A stretch of DNA of 63,960 nucleotides, the filler included, from Reticulomyxa filosa (lineage: Eukaryota > Protista > Foraminifera), in NCBI GenBank assembly GCA_000512085.1. It is 24 parts of 24 records of this genome, joined end to end, with 100 filler letters (N's around TTAATTAATTAA, not from the genome) between each part and the next. Parts side by side here need not be neighbours in the genome. Positions count along the whole stretch, not along the records: positions 13,269 to 14,630 come from ASPP01027066.1; positions 14,731 to 15,883 come from ASPP01021291.1; positions 15,984 to 18,023 come from ASPP01001835.1; positions 18,124 to 19,652 come from ASPP01015083.1; positions 19,753 to 24,490 come from ASPP01001783.1; positions 24,591 to 25,832 come from ASPP01023473.1; positions 25,933 to 28,423 come from ASPP01018951.1; 17 more parts are not named here. The stretch is one strand, 5' to 3'. Positions 13,863 through 26,057 of this stretch are shown piece by piece. Numbering within the stretch: the stretch's first letter is position 1; every line of letters begins with the position of its first letter. The position numbers and the translations under genes were made by a program. The notes under the pieces are model-generated. The model searched no databases. It was not told where the DNA came from and worked only from the letters and a program-made list of their open reading frames with translations.

Positions 13863-14630
13863 ATGGAAACATTAGAGGAACAAATAAAGAATGTAAATTT
13901 TCACAATGACACAAATGACGAGCAGAAAGGTATTTTTTTTTCTCGTGGACAGGCGTCTTTGTTTAAACCGATCGCACGTGCAAAACATATTTTATCTAGC
14001 CACGCATATACAAAATAGTAATAGAATGTCACGCACGAATAATATCATTTTTTGCACACAAAGGAGGGGTATCAAAAACCACCAATGTGCATCATGTGGG
14101 TTACATGTTAGCTAAAAAATGGGGTTTTAAAGTGCTACTGGTGGATGCAGACCCGCAACAAAACTTAACCCAAACAGTTTGCCGAACAGCTAAAAACGAT
14201 GCTGGTTGGCGTGATGAAGTTAACAGGTATTTTCAAAATTTCTAAATAAATCCGAGTAAGGTGTTTTTGTTTTTTTCCCCAAAAAAAAAAAAAAACACAA
14301 ATAATCAAAATAACAAAATAAATTTTTTGCTGACTCAGCAAAAAAAGTACCATTTATTTTTTAAGCTATCGTTTATTTTGCATATATGTACATACATATA
14401 CTCATATACAAATATATGAACATCTATAAAAGAGGCACAATCTATGCCGCAGTCGAGAGACTGCATTATGGAATGAAAGACGGTGACTACATTGACCCCG
14501 CAGAATGTGTTTCACTCTATCAAAAGGATATCACCGGCACTGGAGAACTGTGGCTGTTGCCAGGCAGCTTGGATTTGGCAAAATTGGAACCACAGCTGAC
14601 ATTCGCACATAACGTTACGAATTCGAAAGT
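13863..14630 (+). CDS. ParA/Soj (MinD/ParA superfamily) ATPase with two spliceosomal introns, 3' truncated
   Basis: Exons 13863-13929, 14025-14226 and 14433-14630 splice in frame (GT-AG, phases 1 and 2) to METLEEQ...RIISFFAHKGGVSKTTNVHHVGYMLAKKWGFKVLLVDADPQQNLT...LWLLPGSLDLAKLE, giving a deviant Walker A, a DxDPQxN motif and the downstream LLPG-L motif. Confidence 0.9.
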
Positions 14631-14730
14631 NNNNNNNNNNNNNNNNNNNNNNNNNNNNNNNNNNNNNNNNNNNNTTAATTAATTAANNNNNNNNNNNNNN
14701 NNNNNNNNNNNNNNNNNNNNNNNNNNNNNN

Positions 14731-15883
14731 GTTTCTCAAAAATCTGAATTGGAACTTTTGTGTCAGCAATCGCAGGCGGAATGCAAGGACTTTCAGTTAC
14801 AATATATATATATATATTCTTCTCGTTTTTTTTTTTTTTTTTTTTCCTTTCTCTCTCTCTCTTTCTATTTGTTGGTTGTTACATCACATAGAAACAAACT
14901 TGCCACCACACAAGATTTGGCGTCTCAAAGTGAACAATCGATAGCCAAGTTTAAACTAATTTTTTTCAAAAAAAATTAAATAAATAAATAAATTTGAGGA
15001 CTTTGTGCATGTGCCTCGATTTGGTTTGGTGGCAACACATACTGTGTGAAACATTAGAATATTGGAGTGTGTGATATCGTGCCAATGGGTGAATGTAAGC
15101 AAGGACGCAAAGGCGGTGGACGGCGTGGAGACATTGGTGAAAGAGCTGGGCCGCGTAAACGCTTGCCACCAACAGCTGGAGAAGACGATTGAAGAAATGA
15201 CCCGAAAATGGAAGGAGTCGAATGAACAGTTCACTCAATTGCAAAGCTCGCACGAACAACACAAAGAAAAGCTCGACGAAACTCAACTCTGTGTCACCAC
15301 CTATCAAAACGCCTTCCACGCACTCCAACTAGAAATTGGACAATGTCTGGACCTGTGCAAGTCCTTCGCAGATGGACAATGTGTCGACAGTGCACAGTCT
15401 CAACTTAAATCCGACGCTGATCAAAGTCAGCAAAACCCATTGCAAACCATTTTGAATGACGCAAAATCCTTGAAAAGTGCTTTCCTTCAATTGCTGGATG
15501 TACATAAGCAAAAAGATCAACAATTGGTATACATATATACATATATGTATATATTATATGTAAGTCTGTGCAAAATGTTTTTTTTTTTGTTTTTTTGTAA
15601 AGTTGTCGAAATGCCATGAATTGAACCACATCTTGACGAACAACGAAGAGTGGAAACAGAAATTTCAAACATTAGCAAATGTGCGCGATTGAGTTTGCTC
15701 TATACTTTCCCTTTTGAACTTTTGTACATGTGTGCTTGCACAAACACACTGTCTTTGCTTGACAACACATGCGAAGGAGTACGACCGAGAACAAGGAAAT
15801 TGGACGAAACGTGCCGAATGTTTGCAAAATGAGTACCAACAAATCAAGCAAACTTTGGAGCAAGTTTAATACATTAAAGGAGA
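14731..15883 (+). CDS. Coiled-coil protein fragment, multi-exon
   Basis: Heptad-rich ORF 15062-15526 plus flanking exon pieces separated by T/TA-rich introns. Confidence 0.55.
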
Positions 15884-16499
15884 NNNNNNNNNNNNNNNNN
15901 NNNNNNNNNNNNNNNNNNNNNNNNNNNTTAATTAATTAANNNNNNNNNNNNNNNNNNNNNNNNNNNNNNNNNNNNNNNNNNNNGTTTATCAATTTAGACA
16001 ACAGACTGTGCATATTAGGAAAAAAAAGAACGAACAATAAACCAATAAATGAAATTGAAATGCTTATCAAACATGTTATTTATTGAGTTACAATGGAGAG
16101 AGAGCAATATTTGATAATATAATAATTTAACGCAATCTATAAAGAATCAGTTATTCTTTTTCTGAAACCTCCACAATCAAATGAAATTATTTTTATAATG
16201 AACTCAATTGATTTTGAAGTGTATCAAGATTTATATGCGCTATTGTTGTAAATTGTTTGTATAAAATGGTTAACTTTCATTCTGACTTGAATTTGTTATG
16301 ACTAATCAAGATAGCAAAGAAGAGGGAGTTAATTAATTGTGTAGTCTTTACAATTGTTTGTTCATCTGAATTACAAAAAAAAATATAAAATAGTGTGAAA
16401 AAAAATAATAAAAATGAATAAATTATCATTTGAAAAACTTGTTCACCGAACTAATAATTGTTTGGAATCAAACACGTTCCAAAAAAATCAACAATGAAA

Positions 16500-16880
16500 A
16501 TTTAAAACTGCAATTGGTTGCTATGAAGAATAATACTGTAAAGTGTGAAAGAAAAGGATGTTAAGAATTTCAAACAATTGTTTGAATAAGAGATAAATTA
16601 CGAAATTGTGTGCAATCCATCCCCAAAATGACAAAAGACGAGATTGATGAGTTTATGGACAAGTAAAAATCAATTTTAAATTTCGCAAAAAATGCTAATA
16701 AATATGACGGATTAATTGTAATTATTTGTGGACATGGAGAATATATCAATCGACAAAATTCAAAGATTTTCCTAAAATATTTATCATTGATTCTTGTCGT
16801 GGTGAAAATATTTCAAAATCCATAAAATTGTAAAGAGAGGAAATTATATATTATATGGTCACAATGACGACGGTTTTTGG
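16500..16880 (+). pseudogene. Caspase-like peptidase C14 pseudogene
   Basis: KEKDVKNFKQLFE*EINYEIVCNP, YDGLIVIICGHGE (catalytic His, 16727-16738) and DFPKIFIIDSCRGE (catalytic Cys, 16789-16803), with stops, frameshifts and an internal deletion. Confidence 0.8.
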
Positions 16881-17843
16881 TGATACACTCAAACAAAGTC
16901 TGAATAGAGTAATTTATTTAAATCTAAGTATATATTGCTTTTGATGAAATTATTCTAACGGGATAAAACAATCATTGTATTTTGCATTTCCAAAATGCTC
17001 TTTTTTACTCATTGTCTTTCGAGTTTATTAAAAAAAATCTCACTCCACAATTCCTTTTCTTAACCAGAACTTTTTGTGAGAAAGAAAAAACCTTGTAAAA
17101 AATCATTATCTTTGAGGTGGAAGGAGAAGGAAAGAAAAAGGAAACGTTATCAAGTTCTAACAGCTAAAACAAAAATTAAACTTCGTTGATCAACAAACAC
17201 ATTAGTTTGCTGTCTTTGCAATCAAATTGTAAATAATGCAAGAAATTACATTGTGATGAGCGTGAGGATGTATAATGGTTTATTTGACAGAAAGTGAATG
17301 TTTCGAAAATATTTAAAACAAACAATGAAATTTAATATATTATCTGTCTTTTATTGATAATAAAAATAATAACCTATCAAAGTAAGTGGAATTTCATTGT
17401 GTATTGATTTTAGAAAGAGAAAGATTAATCATCAAACTGGAAAACAATTTGAAGAAATGAAGAAAAATGGACAGATGGAGCATGATTGTAATATGTGATT
17501 TTGAAGGAAAAACTAAAAATATTAACTGGAGTGCTGAAATTGAACAATTGATGATTCAATCAAAGGCCCAATTTATGTGAATAAAGCTTTTTGATTTACT
17601 TTTTCTTCCATCATTAAAAATCTCTTGCAATTTATTTTGATATTTAGATACAATTTTCATTTAACATGCCTTTGAGTTCTTTAAAAACATTGAACGCGCT
17701 TTTTTAAACAACAAATTAAGATAAAACACATCTCTCAATGCTTGTATTTAATCAGATCAAACAAATTTAATATCACCTTACTTTTCTTTTAATCAAACTT
17801 TCAAACAAAATATTTTCATTTTTTATTCGACAAAAAAAGTAAA

Positions 17844-18023
17844 TTATCCCCAAATACGAATGGGGCCATTTAATGAACAATAACACAAATTCAAATCATG
17901 CGTAACATTATTTGTCTTCTCTTTCTTTTTCAATATAATAAATGTAAGACAATATATTCCATTATCCCTTTTTTCATTCCCTTTGATTATATACAATTCA
18001 TTCTTATTTGATCGAATATCCCA
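17844..18023 (-). CDS. WD40-repeat family C-terminal fragment
   Basis: WDIRSNKNELYIIK...NLCYCSLNGPIRIWG*, the same C-terminus as the other WD40 copies; cut by the contig end. Confidence 0.75.
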   Translation of the reverse strand, partial: WDIRSNKNELYIIKGNEKRDNGIYCLTFIILKKKEKTNNVTHDLNLCYCSLNGPIRIWG

Positions 18024-18123
18024 NNNNNNNNNNNNNNNNNNNNNNNNNNNNNNNNNNNNNNNNNNNNTTAATTAATTAANNNNNNNNNNNNNNNNNNNNN
18101 NNNNNNNNNNNNNNNNNNNNNNN

Positions 18124-18252
18124 AAAAGTGCAAATGATACGCATTCTCGCAAAATTTTCAAAAATCAGGTCTAAATGTTGATTTTTCATTGAGAAAATCA
18201 ATTATCATCATAAGATATGTTTTATGCGTTCAGTTTTCTTTGCAACATACTG
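18124..18252. mobile_element. MITE family A, right end
   Basis: Ends ...CAGTTTTCTTTGCAACATACTG followed by TA; homologous to the TIR of the complete copy at 38453-38849. Confidence 0.8.
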
Positions 18253-18754
18253 TATATATTATTTTTTCATGAAGAAAATAAATTATCTATGTAATGTGCC
18301 GTTTTATGTGTCAACTTTACTTTGCATTTACTGTATTTATTTATAAATTTCATATTCTATTCAATGATATTTGCGAGCTGTAAAACATCTTGAACAAAAA
18401 CAAGACTAAAATATTACCTTTTGATATACTTTTATCATAGTATTAGTTTATCTTTTTGTAAATGTATTTAATTCAATCGCTACACAAGTTAATCTTTGTT
18501 TTATCTAAAAAGATAACTATCTTGGAAAAAATAGCACAATTTTCCAATCTGAAATATTGACAAATTTGAAGCATAAAAAACAATAGCATTAAACTGTGTC
18601 AAAAAAGGTTTGCAAATGCATAATTTGTATCGAAAAAAGAAAAATTGAAGTAACACGAAAAGGCACTCTTTGTTTATTTGGCAAAGAATTTATACAAATG
18701 GAAAATTGACAAGCCAAATAATTTTTGGTGAATAGCTATAATAACATAAAATAT

Positions 18755-19550
18755 TTAACACTCGAACACAGCCATAATTGAAAAGTGGTCCGAAGGATAT
18801 TCCCAGCCTGGTAGCAAAGATTCACGATTTACCACATGTTCGTTTGGTATTTCCAAAAGCGAGGAAACTTCAACGCCTTTCGATTTTTGGAAAAACAGGT
18901 AATCGATGGTGTGTTTGTCTTCACCACCTTTTCTTTTTTTCCAAGTTGTGTAATTGGGTTCTTGCCCATTCAATGACTTGTAGGCACTTGCAAATCGCAA
19001 TCCGTCGTATACTTCCTGATAGAGGTCAATATTGATGTTTATTTTATGTTCACTCTGCTTTTCCTTGTTCTCTTTAAGGAGGGCCTTGAATAAAGTATCA
19101 TCAACTATCGACGCATAGGTCAATGGAGGAAACCCTTTTGTATCCTTTTTTTTTATACATCAACCTCCATTGTATTACATGCCAACTTGTTGCAGAAACA
19201 CAAAATGGTTTTTTAAAAAAAGAATGAAATTTTAATTTTTGGAAAGGGGAGAGAAAAAAGGAGAAAAAAATATTTTGAAGTTTGTACGTGAAATACAAAC
19301 TTTTGGAGGCGCATTGAGATCACATCCGATAAACGTGGGTATGTTTTTGCGATTTTCTTTTTCCACTTTTTTTTGATACGTCAGTATTTCTTTGGCCAGA
19401 TAATGGATTTGTTCCAAACGTGTTTGTTCCCCTTTCATATCTTTTGCACTCTTCAAATGTGTACTCACTACTATGCAGTCACTCAGTCCAGATGTTTTTG
19501 CCTGTGTCCACTGCAAATGCAACATTACTGCAGGTACATCCACCTTCTGT
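18755..19550 (-). CDS. Nocturnin-like (CCR4/EEP family) phosphatase/deadenylase, C-terminal half
   Basis: VSTHLKSAK, GCDLNAPP, YTTWKKR...HTIDYLF and YPSDHFSIMAVF are EEP motifs of the nocturnin subtype; intron at about 19299-19145. Confidence 0.85.
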
Positions 19551-20649
19551 TTCGTTTGTTTGTTTGTTTTTTGTTTTTTCTTATTCTCCCTCTCATTTAT
19601 CAACAATTGTAATTAAAAAAATTTCGCACGTGTGTTTTTTAAAACATACGCGNNNNNNNNNNNNNNNNNNNNNNNNNNNNNNNNNNNNNNNNNNNNTTAA
19701 TTAATTAANNNNNNNNNNNNNNNNNNNNNNNNNNNNNNNNNNNNNNNNNNNNTTTGACAGTTTTCGTATTGCGACGAACGTTTTGGACAAGGCAATAATT
19801 TTCGTAAAATCGATGTCTTTGTTGCTCACAAACAAAATTCCATGAAGAATTTGCCGAGAATCAAGTGAAATCAATATTTTAAAGTTTCGAAAAATATATA
19901 TTGAACTCGTACATTGTTTTATCGGTTCATGACAGTTTTATCCAGTGTCTTGTTGGACAGTATCGATACGTGCGTGTTCTTTCATTTGCAAATATGTTCA
20001 CTGATATTCATATGATGTATTTTTCATTGTAGTTGGTAGTGTTGTGTTTTGGCCATCACCTTTTGGTCTAGTTGATTTGATATTACTATTTGTTGATAAA
20101 ATAAAAAATTAAAAATAACTTCCAATTGAAACTTCTTCTTTCTTATCAATAATATGATAACCCAATGACAAATATATAAATACGACACAATTCATATTGA
20201 CTGTATGTTAAATATTTATGATCAATGTATTTATCCTTCAAAAATCAACAAATTAAATGAGGAAAAATTATTTTCTAAAGCTCAAATATATTTTTATTTC
20301 ACTTATCAAACAACCTCACACTGCTGGGTTTTCTTTGTCTTGCCCAATCTTATTTCTTTAATTCAGCTTATACCTTTCTTTTTTTGGACATTGGTAATTC
20401 ACTTAATTTTTCAATGACATTTGGTTATTTTGTTCTCTTTTTTAAAATAAATTGAAAAAAATCATGACATGTGTTAAGATGGTTTACAATTTCTTCTCTA
20501 ACAGACACATACTGGTTGTGTTATCACAAAATCAACTCTTTAGTAATTTACAAAAAAATAGTGACAAATTTAGTAAAAGAATATTTCATGTGCTTAACAA
20601 AAATTGTAAATTCAAAAATTTCATTCGTACATATTCATCCCAAATATGA

Positions 20650-21022
20650 ATTGATCCATTTTATAAACCATAGCATAAATTAGCATTGCAATTTTCATTA
20701 TTCTTTCTTTTATTTTTCAATGATATAAAATTTTTCTTTTCCCAAAATCGAATAGTATCGTTATATGATTCAGAACAAATTGTATATCCATTACTATCAA
20801 TACTATTTCTTTTTTCATTATTGTTATTATTGTCTTTCAATGATGAAATATCCATACACCAGACACTATCTTGATGTCCATTGAAAATATGTAACAATTT
20901 GGATGTTTCAATATACCATCAACAAATTGTTTTGTCGTGTGATCCAGAACACAAATGTCGACAATCATTAAATGTGAAAATTCAATACAATGAACATCTT
21001 TAGTGTTTATTGAATATATCAA
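20650..21022 (-). pseudogene. WD40-repeat pseudogene fragment
   Basis: LHIFNGHQDSVWCMDIS...DTIRFW...NLCYG with frameshifts and deletions relative to the 21761 copy. Confidence 0.75.
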
Positions 21023-21498
21023 TTCTTGATTATTTTTGATCTATTTATTTGATTAGTGGTGTGACTTTTCTATCCATTTAATGTCAGAAGATTTACGGTT
21101 TAATGAGATAACAAAAATCAAAATTGCAAACTATAATAGTAGAATTTGATTATGTTTGAAGAAAAGTATTTTTTCGACAAACAATTTAAAAGCTATATTA
21201 TGCAGATGCACAACGAAAATCCAATCTTAATTCATTCTCTTTATGAACCCGTAGTTGAAGAAAAATTAAAATGACGCTTTCTTTTGCCAGAAATTAGTTC
21301 ATAATTACGTAATTTTAATATTACAAGCTTTTTGAGCAAAAAATATATTAAATCCTAAGCTAAAATACAGGTAGGGACAAAAGTCGATTTGTAAATATTT
21401 TTTGAAGAATGTACTTTTGACGTAGAAAATTGATCATCTTCATAAGTCCATTTGGATATGTACTTTAATATTATTAGATTATACTTTTATATTTGATA

Positions 21499-21667
21499 CA
21501 GTAGAATGCAAAAGAAAATTGGCACCTTATAGAGATAAACAATGTTAAAATTTTTTAAAAATATTTTCTTTACTAAATATCTTAAGAATTTTAATATTTG
21601 AAAACTGCATGGTTCTTGCAAATATATTTTTTCATTATATGCGCAAACTTCTTTTGCATTCTACCTG
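21499..21667. mobile_element. MITE family B (169 bp, TA-flanked)
   Basis: Left TA|CAGTAGAATGCAAAAGAA and right TTCTTTTGCATTCTACCTG|TA form an imperfect terminal inverted repeat; a related terminus TA|CAGGTAGGGACAAAAGT sits at 21368. Confidence 0.65.
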
Positions 21668-21760
21668 TATTTAATGTTCAAATCGAACTGACTTTTTTAA
21701 GATTGAATTAAAAAGTTTATCAAAGTTAATTGCATAAAGTATGTTTTTTAAATAAAGGTA

Positions 21761-22790
21761 TCATCCCCAAATACGAATCGGACATCCATATGAACAATAG
21801 CATAAATTAATATCACAACCGTTATTTTTTTCTTCTGATGAAAAAAAAGTAAGACAAAATATTCCACAATTTTCCATATCAAATCCTTTAATTAAATTTA
21901 ATTCATTCTTATTTAATCGAATATCCCAAAAGCGAATTGTATTATCCATTGATCCAGAACATATCACATTTGAATTATTGTTTGTTATAAATGATGAATA
22001 TTCAACAACCTTTACAGGACGTGTATGCCCATTAAATATTTGAATTATTTCATCATATGATCCAATAATACCAATATTATTATTATTATTATTACTTTGT
22101 AATGGTGATATATCTACACACCACACAGTAGATATATGTCCATTAAAGACATGTAACGATTTAGATGTTTCAACATCCCATAAACAAACAGTATCGTCGC
22201 CAGTCCAGAACACAAATATTTACCATTAAGTGGTGAAAATTTAATTCCAAGAACACTTTCTGTATGTCCATTAAATTTTGTAATTGTCGATTATCTTTAA
22301 TATCCCAAAAACGAATTACTTCATCTCATGATGAAGAACAAATCACATTACGATTATTATTATAACAATGATATGGTGAAAATTTTACACAATATATAGA
22401 ACTGGAATGGCCATTAAATGATTTAATTTGTGTATTACTTTCTACATCCCATACATGAACTATTTTATCAATTGTTCCAAAGTAAAGAAATTGAGAATTG
22501 TCGTATTTATAGTAATCAATACTGTACACTCTATTTGGATATCCAGTGAATGTTTTGATTAATTTAGAGTTTGAACAAAATGTATCAAGCATTAAGACTA
22601 TTGCTACCTATATTTGAATAAATGATATCCAAATAATACTTTATTTTGTTTGTAATTAAAAAAAGAAAACATAACATAACATAATTAATAATAATTTTGT
22701 CAAAGCCACGAATCCATCCCATTTTAATCTGTAATATTCTAATCCAATGTTGAACAATTAATTGGATCTTCTTCCTTTTGTTTTAACTAA
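21761..22790 (-). pseudogene. WD40-repeat gene (expanded family) with premature stop and frameshift
   Basis: N-terminal IQLIVQHWIRILQIKMGWIRGFDKIIINY exon, an intron, then GH...WD repeats; in-frame TGA at 22326 and a frameshift near 22200; ends PIRIWG*. Confidence 0.85.
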
Positions 22791-24590
22791 TTCAATCATA
22801 CGTTGTAATGTGTTACAATTGTCTCAAAGAGTAAAAGAAAACTTAAAACTAATTTCTTCTTAACAAAAATACTCATTCTTTAGTAATCTTTTAAGACTGA
22901 GTTGAGGGATGAGATGATGTAAGATGAAAAAGATTTAAACTTTTTATCTAACCCTTAGTATGAAAAAATCAATAATGTTCTGAATATGCCACATAGTTGG
23001 ACTTATTCAAACACATGAAATCTGTGTACATTAAGTGTAAATATAAATTCATTTTCTTTTTTGTGAATATGAGATATGGAATTTGTATTGAATGGATAGT
23101 ATTTGAATTAAGAATTTAGTAACAGAACATCAAATTGTTGCAAACTGACACATTTAAATAATTTTTAAGCAATCAAATTAAATATTCTTCATTAGCAACG
23201 TACAATGCAAATTTTTATATTAATTTGGGTAGTTATTTGGAAAAATTAAACTTATAATCAAGATCCATTTTAATAAAATATTGGAAAAAATCAGTGCAAA
23301 TAAAGTAGTAAATGATACTGTCAACTATGAGATCATATTGTGATATATTTATCTTACACAATTTCAAACAAATTATGTTATTCTGAAAAGAAACAATAAA
23401 CATTGTTGAGTTCAATTTTTTTTTGTTAGCTGCCTGTATAAATTGCACATAATAAAAATAATTACAACACTTAATAATTACTTTGATTTTTCTTCTGTTG
23501 ACGGATAGGTTGAGATGAACGCACCATTGGTTGTTGTGTTGATGACATTTTTGTGTTGATATGCTCTTTCATTTTTTCAATTTTTCATGCTTCTCTTAAA
23601 TGAAGAGTACGATGTAATACTGCAAATAGAGCACCAATTGAAAAAAGATGGTTACACCAATAATAATATATTCACAATTTTTTCTTTTCTACAAAACATC
23701 AAATTGCATTTGATTAACATAATGAAATGTGATACTTATTAGAAAAGAAATATATTATGTTGACGAAATGTATTTTATTTAATTATGTAAAAGAATTTTT
23801 ATTTTTCTCAAATACAAATATAACTATTATAAAAATTAATATCATAGCTATGGTCATCATGTCATGAGTAAACCATCATTTTTTCACCAACATTCCTTTT
23901 TATAATTCAAAACAGTCCCAGAATTTCAAATGCGCACAGCGGTGTTTATGGTATTGCATTTTCACCATCTAATGTTGAAATTTTGTTCTATTCATTTGCG
24001 AGATAAAAATACTGATTATTTTGTAAATTATGTTACGACTTAATCAAAAATGAATGGATGATATTTACAAACATCTTCCTCATTATCCAATTATTCAAGT
24101 GCATTGGGAAATAGACTATTATTTCATGGTACCCTACAAACGCGCAATTAGTATTGACTTAGATATTAAGTTTTTCCATCAAATCAAAAAACTAAATTCA
24201 ATTGTTGTATGAATGTAATTTGCACAAACTTAAAATGATTGGAGATATAATGTATGTAAAAGTAACAAGAAACTATGAATTGCAAAAACTATTGCACGAA
24301 GTGATAAAAATGACCATTTCCATGATTTAGTCACACTCCTGTACACAAACAAAAAAAAAAACACAAACTCGATGAAAATATCAATAATAAAAAAAGCATT
24401 TATTTTAAATAATAACACTATTCACGTCACTGTTAAGTCACTAATTTGTCTTCGTGCGACATTACTTCTTGAATATTGACAACTGTCATANNNNNNNNNN
24501 NNNNNNNNNNNNNNNNNNNNNNNNNNNNNNNNNNTTAATTAATTAANNNNNNNNNNNNNNNNNNNNNNNNNNNNNNNNNNNNNNNNNNNN

Positions 24591-25776
24591 AACAACAATA
24601 ATAACAATAATAACAGGTCTCATGCGATGCAATATGCAGTAATCTATTGGCCAGTGCAAGTGGCATTAAAGTTGAATGTATTGGAACATTGTGACGAAAA
24701 TGGACAGAATATGCCATTGGTGACAGTGAAAACAGAATTAGTACCCAGTGGAAACGTAATGGTTGAATACTCCCCCTCGGAAGAGATTGTCTCCAATGAT
24801 CTCCACTCCAGTGACACGCGCTTCAATTCAATCCTTTCCAAGCTCTTTTCCTCTCCCAATCCCCAGCAAGGCGAGCACAACACCATATCCGGTTGCTCCA
24901 ACAGCTCCATTGCTCCTGCGTCTCAAAAAATCAGATCCCACATATGGAAGACGAGCCAAACCATTACATCCAAAGGGTTATGCTTGAAAGACATTTTCAA
25001 CGTCCGACATTTGTTCATCTCATTTGTTGAGCACGTTGTCAGGTATTACTTATATATACATATATGTATATGCATAAATATATAATACACATATACATAT
25101 ATATACATACACATGTGTGTATATAAATCAAATTATATCCTTTCAATACGTACACATTATATATACGTATACATACACACACCAAACATGGATTTGATTG
25201 GCACAGTGAATTTAGTGTGGAAAACTTGCTCTTTCTTGTCGATACTTTGCAATACAAACAAAACTTAATTCACCGTTGGTATGCTTTTTTTTTTGTAATT
25301 TTGCCTTTGCTTTTGTTTTTATCCATTGTTACTTTTTTTAGTTACAGATATATACATATATGTATGTATATGTATATATGTATATATATATGTATATATA
25401 TATGTATATGTGTGTGTGTGTGAACAGTGCCAATGTGTTGAGTGAAGAAGAAAAAAAATTACCATTGATTTTGCCGTCACACATCGAAAAAGACTTTATT
25501 GGAGTCACTTGTCAATCCAATGTCAAATTACAATCCAAATTGCTATACCTCAAATATATTCACGGTATACGTCTTTTGCTGCTGTTGTTTTTCTTTATTA
25601 ACCCTAAACTCTGCTCTTTTGTGCGTATGCAAAAAAAAAAAAAAGAGCGCTCCCCATTCGCAATTAATATTTCATTCACTCAACGAAAGGATTTGGACAC
25701 TTGGTACGCATCCACATTTAAGGGATGCGTGGCCGACGAAGATATCAAAAACTTTTCGCATTTTCTTGCTGACATG
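24591..25776 (+). CDS. Hypothetical protein, multi-exon, partial
   Basis: Coding exons at about 24617-25042, 25190-25278, 25428-25564 and 25648-25776 separated by (TA)n/(TATG)n introns; no family recognised. Confidence 0.55.
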
Positions 25777-25796
25777 GTTTGTTTCTTTTTTTTCGT

Positions 25797-25832
<36 letters not shown>

Positions 25833-26057
25833 NNNNNNNNNNNNNNNNNNNNNNNNNNNNNNNNNNNNNNNNNNNNTTAATTAATTAANNNNNNNNNNNN
25901 NNNNNNNNNNNNNNNNNNNNNNNNNNNNNNNNTTTGCAATTTATTGCCATGTAAAATATCTTTTGTCGTTTTTTTCGTTTTTTCAAAGGGTCATACCGTT
26001 CTCACTTTTTTCAAAATAGTTAAACTACTTAAAAAAAAAATCAGAAACATTAACAAC

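Noticed and set aside
13863-14630. Bacterial contamination as the source of the ParA sequence
   Set aside because: Two in-frame GT-AG introns with host-style T/A tracts interrupt the gene.
25039-25423. ORFs rich in Y/I/C/M and F/K runs here and elsewhere
   Set aside because: They are translations of (TA)n, (TATG)n and poly-T/poly-A intronic microsatellites.
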